The notes below the pieces were generated by a model. It did not search any database and had not been told where the DNA came from. It was given only the letters and a program-made list of their open reading frames with translations. Both the position numbers and the translations under genes were made by a program. Shown piece after piece: positions 1 to 8,562 of a stretch of 64,000 nucleotides of DNA. This DNA is from an uncultured Thiomicrospira sp. (lineage in GTDB: Bacteria; Pseudomonadota; Gammaproteobacteria; CAKMZV01), in the NCBI GenBank assembly GCA_965195345.1, contig OZ239628.1, positions 864,001-928,000 of the forward strand, read 5' to 3'. Each line of letters opens with the position of its first letter. Position 1 is the first letter of the stretch.

Positions 1-342
1 TTTAGGTTGCTTGGGGTGCACGGAAGGAGGTAAGACTTGTGCCGCTCGCCAATGAGCAAAACGTCTAAATTTTCCTTGGTTCACTTCGCATTTATCAACC
101 CATAATTCACCTATGCTTATTGTTTGTGTTGCACGTCTAAACTGATTAAGGAATGTCTTTGAAGAAGTAAGATATGGTAAGTTTTTTTGCAGAATTTCGT
201 CAAGAGGATGTACAAATGTATTTTCTTCTGTGGTAACCTCAACGAGATCAAGAGCGGTTGGAGGAAGATAAATCCAACGCCACCAGATGCTAAAGAGCAC
301 AATAATTATGAAGGTAAGGATGGTGAAAAAACGAAATTTCAT
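1..342 (-). CDS. Membrane-anchored protein, probable FGE-sulfatase (SUMF1/EgtB/PvdO-like) domain; 5' part only, runs off the window edge
   Basis: Not in the ORF track. Translated by hand from the ATG at 342, directly after the upstream TAA at 343-345. It gives 114 open codons: MKFRFFTILTFIIIVLFSIWWRWIYLPP...ISIGELWVDKCEVNQGKFRRFAHW. It has an N-terminal TM helix, and LWVDKCEVNQGKFRRF resembles the FGE-sulfatase F.id..EVTn..y..F motif. Confidence 0.6.
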   Translation of the reverse strand, partial: MKFRFFTILTFIIIVLFSIWWRWIYLPPTALDLVEVTTEENTFVHPLDEILQKNLPYLTSSKTFLNQFRRATQTISIGELWVDKCEVNQGKFRRFAHWRAAQVLPPSVHPKQPK

Positions 343-2103
343 TTAAGCTATAGCAGTTTTTTTCTTTATTCTTTGTAGAAAGAGTAGGAGTGCTACAAGA
401 ATAAACAGCCACATAAATGGGATTATTTGCAGGCGATGATCTTGTTTGCTTAAATCAGGATTGGAAACGGGGAGCTGATTAAGTGCGAGTTGGTTAGGTC
501 CAGCAGCAATGAGTAGGGAGTCGTCTTCCACTGAAGCGTAAATGAAACCCATACTGATGTCTTCTAGTCGGTTGTCAAGGATAGCAACAGGTCGCCATTT
601 CAAATGTGTATTTTGAAATTGTTCAGGATGTACTATTAGCGCATAGCCTTTGGGGAAATCGAGCAGTTCACCCTTATAGAGACTAGGGTAGAGTCGCATC
701 AACATGGAGGGTTGTACGGATTTCGTGTCTTTCAAGTTTTCTAACCATGAAGTAGGTTGGTGAATACGTAGGACATTTTTAGGTAATGGTTGATTGCTTT
801 GAATAAGATATGTATTGTTGTTTTCTTGTAAAAGATTTTCTTTTTCATGTAGTTTGGGGTATGTGTCTGGAACACCTGTATCATAAAGTTGGGATAGTTT
901 TTCAACTAAGGCATAATTTTCAAAGTTGCTTAAATCATCTTTGCTTTTGGTGATACTAAAAAGTAATTCTTTAGCTTGCCTGAGTTCTAAAGTCTGTTCT
1001 TTTTCAGCTAACTTTAGCATGGAAAAAACGTAAGTTAAGATGACGCGATTGTATTGTTCGAGAGGCAGAGTAATAGTTTCGCCACCACCTTGTTGTTTGC
1101 CATTTTCTTGCTGAGATTTGGAATTTGGCACGCGTAGATTGAAAGAGCGCGAGTCACCATTGCCAGCTCCGCCAGTTAATTCAGATGCATCCAGTCCACG
1201 TGATTCTGCCATAGCACCAACTAATGCTTCAAATAAGGAGGAGGGTTTTTGATTGCTTTCTTGTTCATTTCCTCCAGATTGGTTGGTATTTTGTTCGGGT
1301 TGTTGTTCAGCATCTCCTCCTTTCGATGGGGGTAGGAGTTCATCGTATTGCAACGCTTCCATCATTTCAGCATTAGCAAGTTCAGCTCCTGCCAGTTGCT
1401 GATCTTGTTGGTTTTGGTCGCCTTCTCCTTGAGAATTATTCTGATTTTCGCTGGGCTCTAAACCTGCTCCCTCAAGACTTTCTCCTTCAGCGTTATCTAC
1501 TTCTTGTGATTCCTGTGCTTCAATGCCTGCTATTGTTTCATCTTGTAATAATTTGTTTTCTAAGGGCTTTGTTTTTTCACCTAAATAATGCCAATGTCGC
1601 GGTCTTATGTCGTGCTCTTGTAGAATTCCTAAAGCCAAATAGTATTCACTGACCGAATAAACATCAAGGCGAATATTAAGGCGTTCTTCTTTATTTAAAG
1701 AGCGTAGATAGCGATCAAAAGCGTTGTTTTCTCGTAATAATTCGTTGCGATAAATTTTAGTATTTGATTTGAAAATTCGAATATGATTGTTATGCATTTC
1801 CACTATCGGGTATAGGTGCGGTTGACAATCATGTGGTATTGCGCATGAATGATAGTCATGAAGTCGAGCAGGTGGGCTTGATGGTAGATCATTGAAGACT
1901 ACGGAGGTGGCTATCTGACGCGCTAATATCGATGTGAGGTCGTTGTTTTTCTTAATTTCTTCTTCTGCTCTTTTTTGTTGTACGCTGAGTGTGATAATTA
2001 TCAGAATTAGAATGACCGCTACACTGTTTGCCAGTATGTCAGCAAGTGCAACCCCACCTTGAGAGAGGAGGGAAAATGGTTGTGCTTTACGAATTCCACT
2101 CAT
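343..2103 (-). CDS. Hypothetical two-TM protein with MotB/ExbD-like Asp-containing N-terminal helix (586 aa)
   Basis: N-terminal TM ALADILANSVAVILILIIITL, His/Cys cluster HDYHSCAIPHDCQPH, long E/Q/N/G-rich linker and a C-terminal TM followed by RIKKK. Abuts both neighbouring genes. Confidence 0.6.
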   Translation of the reverse strand: MSGIRKAQPFSLLSQGGVALADILANSVAVILILIIITLSVQQKRAEEEIKKNNDLTSILARQIATSVVFNDLPSSPPARLHDYHSCAIPHDCQPHLYPIVEMHNNHIRIFKSNTKIYRNELLRENNAFDRYLRSLNKEERLNIRLDVYSVSEYYLALGILQEHDIRPRHWHYLGEKTKPLENKLLQDETIAGIEAQESQEVDNAEGESLEGAGLEPSENQNNSQGEGDQNQQDQQLAGAELANAEMMEALQYDELLPPSKGGDAEQQPEQNTNQSGGNEQESNQKPSSLFEALVGAMAESRGLDASELTGGAGNGDSRSFNLRVPNSKSQQENGKQQGGGETITLPLEQYNRVILTYVFSMLKLAEKEQTLELRQAKELLFSITKSKDDLSNFENYALVEKLSQLYDTGVPDTYPKLHEKENLLQENNNTYLIQSNQPLPKNVLRIHQPTSWLENLKDTKSVQPSMLMRLYPSLYKGELLDFPKGYALIVHPEQFQNTHLKWRPVAILDNRLEDISMGFIYASVEDDSLLIAAGPNQLALNQLPVSNPDLSKQDHRLQIIPFMWLFILVALLLFLQRIKKKTAIA

Positions 2104-2631
2104 TCATTTATCAATGGTGCGTTTGATGCGCGCAGGTAAATCTTGAAGCCGAACAGTTGACAGTAAATCTTCGTTGGCAATCATCCAGCCAATGCTAATA
2201 ACTTGGTTTGGCCATTTGCTACGCATACAGTTACGTGCTTGCGCCATGGTATTAACGCCGTTATCAAGAATAGCGAATATAAGTTGTTGCTTGCTCGATT
2301 TGGCATATATTTTTTCAATATAACGCATGAATGGATTGTCTGTGGAACAGATTGAGCTTGTTGGAATTGTTTCGTTGGTTTCAATGATTTTTAATTTGTC
2401 AGGGTAGGCGAGGACTACTAATCCTTCGCTGCCGTTTTGCCAAGAAACTTTGTATTTTGCTCCTTCGGTGGATCGGTCAAGCATGGCACGAATGTCTTGA
2501 GAAACAATAAGATTGACAAGAATTAAGATGATTATAAGTAATGCCAGTGCACCACCAAATACTTCAACCATGGGTGCATCTATTTCACTACCAGCAGTGC
2601 GGGATGTGCGTTTTTTTGCCTTAAATGCCAT
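2104..2631 (-). CDS. ExbD/TolR-like single-TM protein (175 aa)
   Basis: Basic N-terminus, then EIDAPMVEVFGGALALLIIILILV, resembling the ExbD IN.TP..DV.LVLL helix with Glu at the Asp position. Overlaps the upstream MotA/ExbB-like gene. Confidence 0.6.
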   Translation of the reverse strand: MAFKAKKRTSRTAGSEIDAPMVEVFGGALALLIIILILVNLIVSQDIRAMLDRSTEGAKYKVSWQNGSEGLVVLAYPDKLKIIETNETIPTSSICSTDNPFMRYIEKIYAKSSKQQLIFAILDNGVNTMAQARNCMRSKWPNQVISIGWMIANEDLLSTVRLQDLPARIKRTIDK

Positions 2632-3685
2632 CTTGAGCTCTTAGACTTTCTTCAATTTGTAGGATGTTTTTTTCTTCCCATCGATACAGTAACGTTTGCG
2701 TTAGAGCAAGAATGATTGAGAGAGAGAGCGCAATTAGAGTGGTATCAAATGCAATACCCAAAGGTTCAAGTGCGTTAGCGAGAAGTTGAGAAAATTCAGA
2801 GTCATTATTTGCCAATATTGCGCTTAGTCCTTCGGTTGCAAGGGATATGCCCAAAACAGTGCCAATAAATCCAAGGATGGGAATTGCCCAATTAATGTAA
2901 CGCGGTAAGATATAAAAGGCTTCAAATTGTGCCCAAATCATTTCAAACAATCCATCGATTTTTTTTGAAGATTTTTGTACCTGAGAGTAGACTTCGTCAA
3001 AGATAGACTGTTTCATGGTTAAATTTTTGAATTCAAAAATGAGGAGAATCCATTTACCAACAAGAATTATCAAGCCCCAATAGAACAGCGATAGTGTGAT
3101 TGGAGGGATAATGCCTCTTTGAATAAATTTTGGGGCAATAGATACGATAAAGCTTATATCAGTTGCTTGCAGCCATGTAAGTGTCAATCCACAAGCTATA
3201 AGTGCAACGCAGAAGCTAATAACTACGGGAGGACCACGTAAAACGTTTTCAATTTCATTGTTAAGGGAAGTAGTGGATTCGATTGTGGTTCGTCTTTGCA
3301 GCAGTATTAGCTGTTGTGTTGCAGCAACAACCAGAGCCAGTAATAGCACTAATAAATGATCGGATATGTTGGGGCGTATATCATTCAAAATAGAACTCCA
3401 AAGACTGCTCGATACTATTACAGTAATAAGAACTAATGCAGTGGTTTGTCCATGCAATGCAAGTTGATGGTAACTGTTTTTTAGAAGGGCAAAAACGCTT
3501 GGGATGGCAAGTATCACACCAAGGAGTGTAATTAAGTATGTCCAGTTGAAGGCGTTAGCTATTATGCCTAAGCACACTATAGGGATGATGGCAGAAATTG
3601 CGTAAGAAACTTTAGGAATGCCAGTCATAGGAGGTGTTTGATTTTGCATATATTTGGTTATTAAATGAATAAGTTTTGAAAACAA
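2621..3685 (-). CDS. MotA/TolQ/ExbB proton-channel family protein with extra N-terminal TM helices
   Basis: C-terminal motifs WAIPILGFIGTVLGISLA and LGIAFDTTLIALSLS. About 8 hydrophobic segments in total. Start is either TTG 3685 or ATG 3649. Confidence 0.8.
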   Translation of the reverse strand: MFSKLIHLITKYMQNQTPPMTGIPKVSYAISAIIPIVCLGIIANAFNWTYLITLLGVILAIPSVFALLKNSYHQLALHGQTTALVLITVIVSSSLWSSILNDIRPNISDHLLVLLLALVVAATQQLILLQRRTTIESTTSLNNEIENVLRGPPVVISFCVALIACGLTLTWLQATDISFIVSIAPKFIQRGIIPPITLSLFYWGLIILVGKWILLIFEFKNLTMKQSIFDEVYSQVQKSSKKIDGLFEMIWAQFEAFYILPRYINWAIPILGFIGTVLGISLATEGLSAILANNDSEFSQLLANALEPLGIAFDTTLIALSLSIILALTQTLLYRWEEKNILQIEESLRAQDGI

Positions 3686-3878
3686 GTTACGCTAAGAATG
3701 TATGCTCTCCCTCTGTAAAGGGGATGCATAAATCCGTATTTTAACTTTTACATCGTATTATAGTGTTCAAAGATTATTAAAGAATTCAAAGATTGTAGTG
3801 TTCGAATTGTACAGTAGAGTAAAATGCGCATGCTTTTAGAAGCAGGTTTTTATGTCAGTAAATTACGCACACTAAATT

Positions 3879-5684
3879 ATGTCCAATCAGGATCAAATCA
3901 GAAATTTCTCTATCATTGCGCACATAGATCATGGGAAATCGACCTTATCAGATCGAATTATTCAATTTTGTGGGGGGCTTGAACAACGTGAAATGAAAGC
4001 GCAGGTGCTTGATTCTCTCGATATTGAAAGAGAGAGGGGCATCACTATTAAAGCGCAATGTGTTTCGTTAACATATAAATCTAAAATCGATGGAAAGACG
4101 TATTATTTAAATTTTATTGATACACCAGGGCATGTGGACTTTTCTTATGAAGTGTCGCGCTCCTTAATGGCTTGTGAAGTCGCATTGTTGATTGTAGATG
4201 CATCTCAAGGTGTAGAGGCGCAAACGATTGCAAATTGTTATGCAGCGATGGATGCTGGATTGGAAGTGCTTCCAGTTTTAAATAAAATAGATTTGCCAGC
4301 AGCTGATTGTGAAAGGGTTCGTGCTGAAATCGAAGATACAATAGGAATTGATGCGGCAGAGGCGCTTGGAGTGAGCGCAAAGACAGGAGAAGGTGTTGAA
4401 GCGTTATTGGAGCAGCTTGTGCAGTTTACTCCTGCGCCTACAGGTGATCGAGATGCTCCTGCAAAGGCATTAATCATAGATTCTTGGTTTGATAACTATT
4501 TGGGCGTGATTTCTTTAATTCGTGTGTTTTCTGGTTCTCTATCCAAAGGCGAACGAGTTCGCGTGATGTCAATAGGGAGTAATCATGAAATAACTCAAAT
4601 TGGTCAGTTCACGCCAAAAAGAGTTCCGAGAGAATCTCTTTCAGCGGGAGAGGTTGGATATCTTGTGGCAGCGGTAAAAAACATACATGGCGTACCCGTT
4701 GGAGATACTTTAACAGGGCATGATTTGCCTTGTGATGCGCCTTTAGAAGGATTTCGATCTATCCAACCAAGAGTGTTTGCAGGTCTGTATCCTGTCAGTA
4801 CAGAAGATTACGAAGACTTTAGAGAGGGTTTGGAAAAGCTTTGTCTTAATGATTCGGCTCTACAGTATGAACCTGAAACATCCGATGCGCTTGGCTTTGG
4901 ATTCCGCATAGGTTTTTTGGGCATGTTACATATGGAAATTGTACGTGAACGGCTCGAAAGGGAGTATGATTTATCATTGATTACCACTTCCCCGACGGTG
5001 TTGTATCGTGTGGAAACACGTGATGGGGAAATTATAGAAGTTGAGAACCCTTCAAAAATGCCTTCACCTGGTGAATACGTCAATGTGTATGAACCGATGA
5101 TTAAGGCAAATATCTATGCGCCTGAAGAGTATATAGGGAACATAATAACACTATGTATTGAGAAGAGGGGCATTCAAGAGAATTTGAGTTATGTCGGCAA
5201 ACAAGCGCACTTAACGTGGAATTTACCTTTAAATGAAGTGGTCGTTGATTTTTTTGAACGTCTAAAATCATGCAGTCGCGGTTACGCTTCAATGGATTAT
5301 GAAATGGCAGGCTACTCAGCTTCTGATTTGATTAAAATGGATGTGTTAATTAATGGGGAAAATGTTGATGCTTTGGCTTGTTTAATGCATAGAGATCGAT
5401 CGCAATCTCGAGGCCGTGCTTTGATTGAGAATTTGCGCGACAGGATACCAAGACAAATGTTTGAAATAGCCTTGCAGGCTGCCATTGGTGCAAAAATTAT
5501 TGCACGAACTAACATCAGGGCATTGCGTAAAAATGTTACTGCTAAATGTTATGGAGGCGATGTTAGTCGCAAAAAGAAGCTACTGGAAAAGCAAAAAAAA
5601 GGGAAGAAGCGGATGAAGTCAATAGGTCGAGTTGAAGTGCCTCAAGATGCTTTTTTGGCTATCCTAGATAATAGAGGAGATTAG
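3879..5684 (+). CDS. lepA: Elongation factor 4 (LepA)
   Basis: [28 protein letters not shown] and the C-terminal [18 protein letters not shown]. Confidence 0.98.
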   Translation: MSNQDQIRNFSIIAHIDHGKSTLSDRIIQFCGGLEQREMKAQVLDSLDIERERGITIKAQCVSLTYKSKIDGKTYYLNFIDTPGHVDFSYEVSRSLMACEVALLIVDASQGVEAQTIANCYAAMDAGLEVLPVLNKIDLPAADCERVRAEIEDTIGIDAAEALGVSAKTGEGVEALLEQLVQFTPAPTGDRDAPAKALIIDSWFDNYLGVISLIRVFSGSLSKGERVRVMSIGSNHEITQIGQFTPKRVPRESLSAGEVGYLVAAVKNIHGVPVGDTLTGHDLPCDAPLEGFRSIQPRVFAGLYPVSTEDYEDFREGLEKLCLNDSALQYEPETSDALGFGFRIGFLGMLHMEIVRERLEREYDLSLITTSPTVLYRVETRDGEIIEVENPSKMPSPGEYVNVYEPMIKANIYAPEEYIGNIITLCIEKRGIQENLSYVGKQAHLTWNLPLNEVVVDFFERLKSCSRGYASMDYEMAGYSASDLIKMDVLINGENVDALACLMHRDRSQSRGRALIENLRDRIPRQMFEIALQAAIGAKIIARTNIRALRKNVTAKCYGGDVSRKKKLLEKQKKGKKRMKSIGRVEVPQDAFLAILDNRGD

Positions 5685-5685
5685 T

Positions 5686-6633
5686 ATGATGGTATTGCTT
5701 TGGATGGGGCTTGCATCTTCACTCTCCATTTTTTTAGGTTCAGCGATTGGATTTTGGATGTCAGTAACGTTCGAAGCAGCATTGACTTGTGTAACAGCGT
5801 TTTGCGGTATTTTTTGGTTTGGAGATTTAATTCTTTCTAAAAGAAAGAAAGATGGGAGTGAACCCAAAACAAAGAATGATGGGAGTGAGCCCAAAACAAA
5901 GAATGATGAGAGTGAGCCCAAAACAAAGAAGGATGGGAGTGAGCCCAAAACAAAGAAGGATGGGAGTAAAGACGATAAGGAAAAAAATTACATAAATTCA
6001 TTGGGTTCAATTTTTCCGGTTTTATTCTTTGTCTTTGTGCTTAGATCATTCTTTTTTGAACCGTTTCGAATTCCCTCAGGCTCTATGTTGCCGTCATTGC
6101 ATGTGGGTGATTTTGTTTTAGTGAATAAGTTTGATTACGGCATTCGCTTGCCGATAACAGGAAGTCGAATTTTTGGAAGTGGACAACCTGATAGAGGTGA
6201 TATTGCTGTTTTCCGCTATCCAAATGATCCAGATACGGACTATATAAAACGTATTATAGGGTTGCCTGGAGATCAATTGTCGATAATTGAGGGGCACATT
6301 TATTTAAACGGGAAATCGGTTCCTGTTGATTTTAAAGGCGCTTATAACGGGAAACAACGGGATCTTGTTGGTGGCAGGACAAATTTGAGTTTAGAAAAAA
6401 TGGGCGATAAAGAGTATTCCATTTTAAATTTATCTAAGGGTACTCCTAAACGGTCCATTACTATAACGGTTCCTGAGGGACAGTATTTTGTTATGGGTGA
6501 CAACAGAGACCATAGTAGTGATAGTCGTTATTGGGGATTTTTGCCGGATAAGTTTTTGAAAGGGAGAGCTTTATTTGTATGGTTGAATTGGGGTGATGAA
6601 TTTGACCTTAGCAGAATAGGGACTTCTTTGTAA
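5686..6633 (+). CDS. lepB: Signal peptidase I
   Basis: FEPFRIPSGSMLP (catalytic Ser), DYIKR (Lys) and GDNRDHSSDSRYWG. Follows lepA. Confidence 0.95.
   Translation: MMVLLWMGLASSLSIFLGSAIGFWMSVTFEAALTCVTAFCGIFWFGDLILSKRKKDGSEPKTKNDGSEPKTKNDESEPKTKKDGSEPKTKKDGSKDDKEKNYINSLGSIFPVLFFVFVLRSFFFEPFRIPSGSMLPSLHVGDFVLVNKFDYGIRLPITGSRIFGSGQPDRGDIAVFRYPNDPDTDYIKRIIGLPGDQLSIIEGHIYLNGKSVPVDFKGAYNGKQRDLVGGRTNLSLEKMGDKEYSILNLSKGTPKRSITITVPEGQYFVMGDNRDHSSDSRYWGFLPDKFLKGRALFVWLNWGDEFDLSRIGTSL
5851..5967 (+). repeat. 27-bp in-frame tandem repeat (4 full copies plus a partial) inside lepB
   Basis: Unit gatgggagtga(a/g)cccaaaacaaagaa(t/g) starts at 5851, 5878, 5905 and 5932, with a partial copy at 5959. Encodes DGSEPKTK[N/K]; the third copy has DES. 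Confidence 0.95.
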
Positions 6634-6733
6634 TATTTTCGATTGGTTGTGAGATTTTTCTAAACTTTTAGTAAATGAATAAGTAATGCATACCTTTTTA
6701 TTTGAAGAAAAGGTTAAGTAACAGGTTAGACGA

Positions 6734-7102
6734 ATGCCTATATTTTTTTTGATTTGGTTCCTTCTTGAACTGTGGTTGTTGATCAGTGTAGGAGGAGAAA
6801 TTGGTTTTTTATGGACCGTATTTGAATTTATATTATCAGCGATGATTGGAATTATGGTTTTAAGGTTGCAAGGAATAATGTTATTCGCTAGGATAAGGGA
6901 GGCGATGCAACATCAAATCCAAGTACAGGTAAATCAAATAGGTTTGTTGCTTAGAGGTTTGGGGGGGATATTTTTGATTATTCCGGGATTTTTAAGTGAT
7001 GTTATAGGAGTGCTGCTGTTGCTTCCTTTCATACATCAATTGTCACTTTTATTTTTCCGTAAAAACACCCGTACAAGAATTAAAATTATTGAGGACGATT
7101 AG
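6734..7102 (+). CDS. fxsA: FxsA family membrane protein
   Basis: LELWLLISVGGEIG and GGIFLIIPGFLSDVIGVLLLLP match the FxsA pattern. Confidence 0.85.
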   Translation: MPIFFLIWFLLELWLLISVGGEIGFLWTVFEFILSAMIGIMVLRLQGIMLFARIREAMQHQIQVQVNQIGLLLRGLGGIFLIIPGFLSDVIGVLLLLPFIHQLSLLFFRKNTRTRIKIIEDD

Positions 7103-8117
7103 TCACAAGATGGAGCATTTTAAATATTTCTCCCATTTGATCGGGCATCACTAAGCGTTTGATGGATTGAGCGGTTTTAAGTCGATCAATTTCAGACATT
7201 TGAGTTAAATTAATCGTCGCCAAACCGTTTTCTAACAGGAATCCTCGTTGATTCTGGAAATTTTGCATTTGCCAGTGCGAGTGATCAAGTAAAGCTGAAA
7301 AGTCAATGTCGCAAGTGATGTCACAATTGCCAGTTGCATTGAGAGGGTCGTGATGAATATGATGCTTTTGGTAGCAACGTATTCCTGAAGTGGAGGTTAG
7401 TGCTAATTCCTTTAGCGTCATTCCATAATCAAATATTAATAGATGTTGAGCGCATTTTGCTAGTGCACCAAGCCATCCCTGTAGATTAGGGTTGTAGAGA
7501 TACTCCCTATCACTTGGCCAATCTTTCAAATAATCTCTAAGGATACAGGTGGGTTCTTCTTTTTTCCAGTGCAGTGATAATTTCTCATTTTCCACATCAA
7601 TATACGCCTGCTCCCAACAAACAGAATGCCTCCAACGTTCAAACGGCATTGCATCAACAACTTCATTAGCGAGGATGATTCTGGGTAGATTGTCATTTGG
7701 TAGAGAAGTCAACCATTCGACATTATCAAATTCAGCAAGTTGTAATTTTTGTGATGAAATATGCTCAGCACTGAGTTCAAGTATTTGATATTTTCCCATA
7801 TTTAAATGCGGAATCAAATAAGAAGCCAAAGAACCACTACCTGCGCCGAGTTCCAAAATGCAATAGGAGGAAAGGTTTGGAATTTTCTCTTGCAAATAAT
7901 TTGCGATGCACTGTGCATATAAAGGACTTTCTTCAGGTGCTGTTATGAAATCCCCATGTTCACCAATTTTGATTGTGCCATTATGGTAGTATCCATAGGT
8001 TGGATGATATAAACTCAAATTCATGTATTCAGCAAATGTTATCGGAGAATTATTCTGAATACGCTCTTTTATGAGTTCAACAAGTTCTTTTCTTGAACTA
8101 AAGTTATTAGGGAGCAT
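7086..8117 (-). CDS. SAM-dependent methyltransferase, MidA/NDUFAF7 family
   Basis: ITFAEYMNLSLYHPTYGYY, GDFITAPE, ILELGAGSG, ANEVVDAMP, DITCDIDF and MGEIFK. Confidence 0.9.
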   Translation of the reverse strand: MLPNNFSSRKELVELIKERIQNNSPITFAEYMNLSLYHPTYGYYHNGTIKIGEHGDFITAPEESPLYAQCIANYLQEKIPNLSSYCILELGAGSGSLASYLIPHLNMGKYQILELSAEHISSQKLQLAEFDNVEWLTSLPNDNLPRIILANEVVDAMPFERWRHSVCWEQAYIDVENEKLSLHWKKEEPTCILRDYLKDWPSDREYLYNPNLQGWLGALAKCAQHLLIFDYGMTLKELALTSTSGIRCYQKHHIHHDPLNATGNCDITCDIDFSALLDHSHWQMQNFQNQRGFLLENGLATINLTQMSEIDRLKTAQSIKRLVMPDQMGEIFKMLHLVTNRPQ

Positions 8118-8553
8118 TCAAACGATGTAAGTGAGAACAATCGAATTGCTCAATAATGGTTTTCCAATGCAGCCCTAAAGTTGGATGGGTGCCATCAGGG
8201 AATAAATCAAGCATTATCTGAATAGCAAAAGGGTATTTGCTGATGTCTGTGTGCGGTAGTTTGGACGTTTCCATACTCCCATAAATGTATAGATCTAAGT
8301 CAATATCATTGTGTGTGGCTTTTAAGTCACGTTCAATGCGTTTGATTTTTTTTCTAAAGCTTTCAAGTGGAAGAGGTGTTTCTCCAGCGATCCCTATATT
8401 TGAAAATATTTTCCCACTGTTTTTCACGCAAGGGCTGCGATAGATCGCACTTATACGATGGTTTGTTAACGCGCTTTTAAGTGTTTGTAAACTAATTGAT
8501 AGCGACTCTTCAGGTTTGATGCAGGATCCTACACCAATAACGGCTAATGGCAT
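8107..8553 (-). CDS. folK: FolK (HPPK)-like protein, divergent
   Basis: VIGVGSC, SAIYRSP, FSN, DIDLDLYIYG and LPH. The loop-3 region is shortened. Confidence 0.7.
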   Translation of the reverse strand: MPLAVIGVGSCIKPEESLSISLQTLKSALTNHRISAIYRSPCVKNSGKIFSNIGIAGETPLPLESFRKKIKRIERDLKATHNDIDLDLYIYGSMETSKLPHTDISKYPFAIQIMLDLFPDGTHPTLGLHWKTIIEQFDCSHLHRLNAP

Positions 8554-8562
8554 ATGGCGTTT

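Noticed and set aside
117-378. ORF-track entries 117..302 (-) and 187..378 (+)
   Set aside because: Both overlap the better-supported 1..342 minus-strand frame that is coupled to the upstream operon.
343-3685. Zorya (ZorAB) anti-phage system or flagellar MotAB
   Set aside because: The A subunit lacks the long ZorA cytoplasmic tail, neither B-like protein shows an OmpA-like domain, and no zorC/D/E or flagellar genes are visible. The operon is cut by the window edge, so this is not fully excluded.
5664-5948. 94-aa repetitive ORF on the minus strand
   Set aside because: It is the antisense shadow of the lepB tandem repeat.
5851-5967. CRISPR array
   Set aside because: The repeats are directly adjacent with no spacers, lie in frame within lepB, and there are no cas genes.
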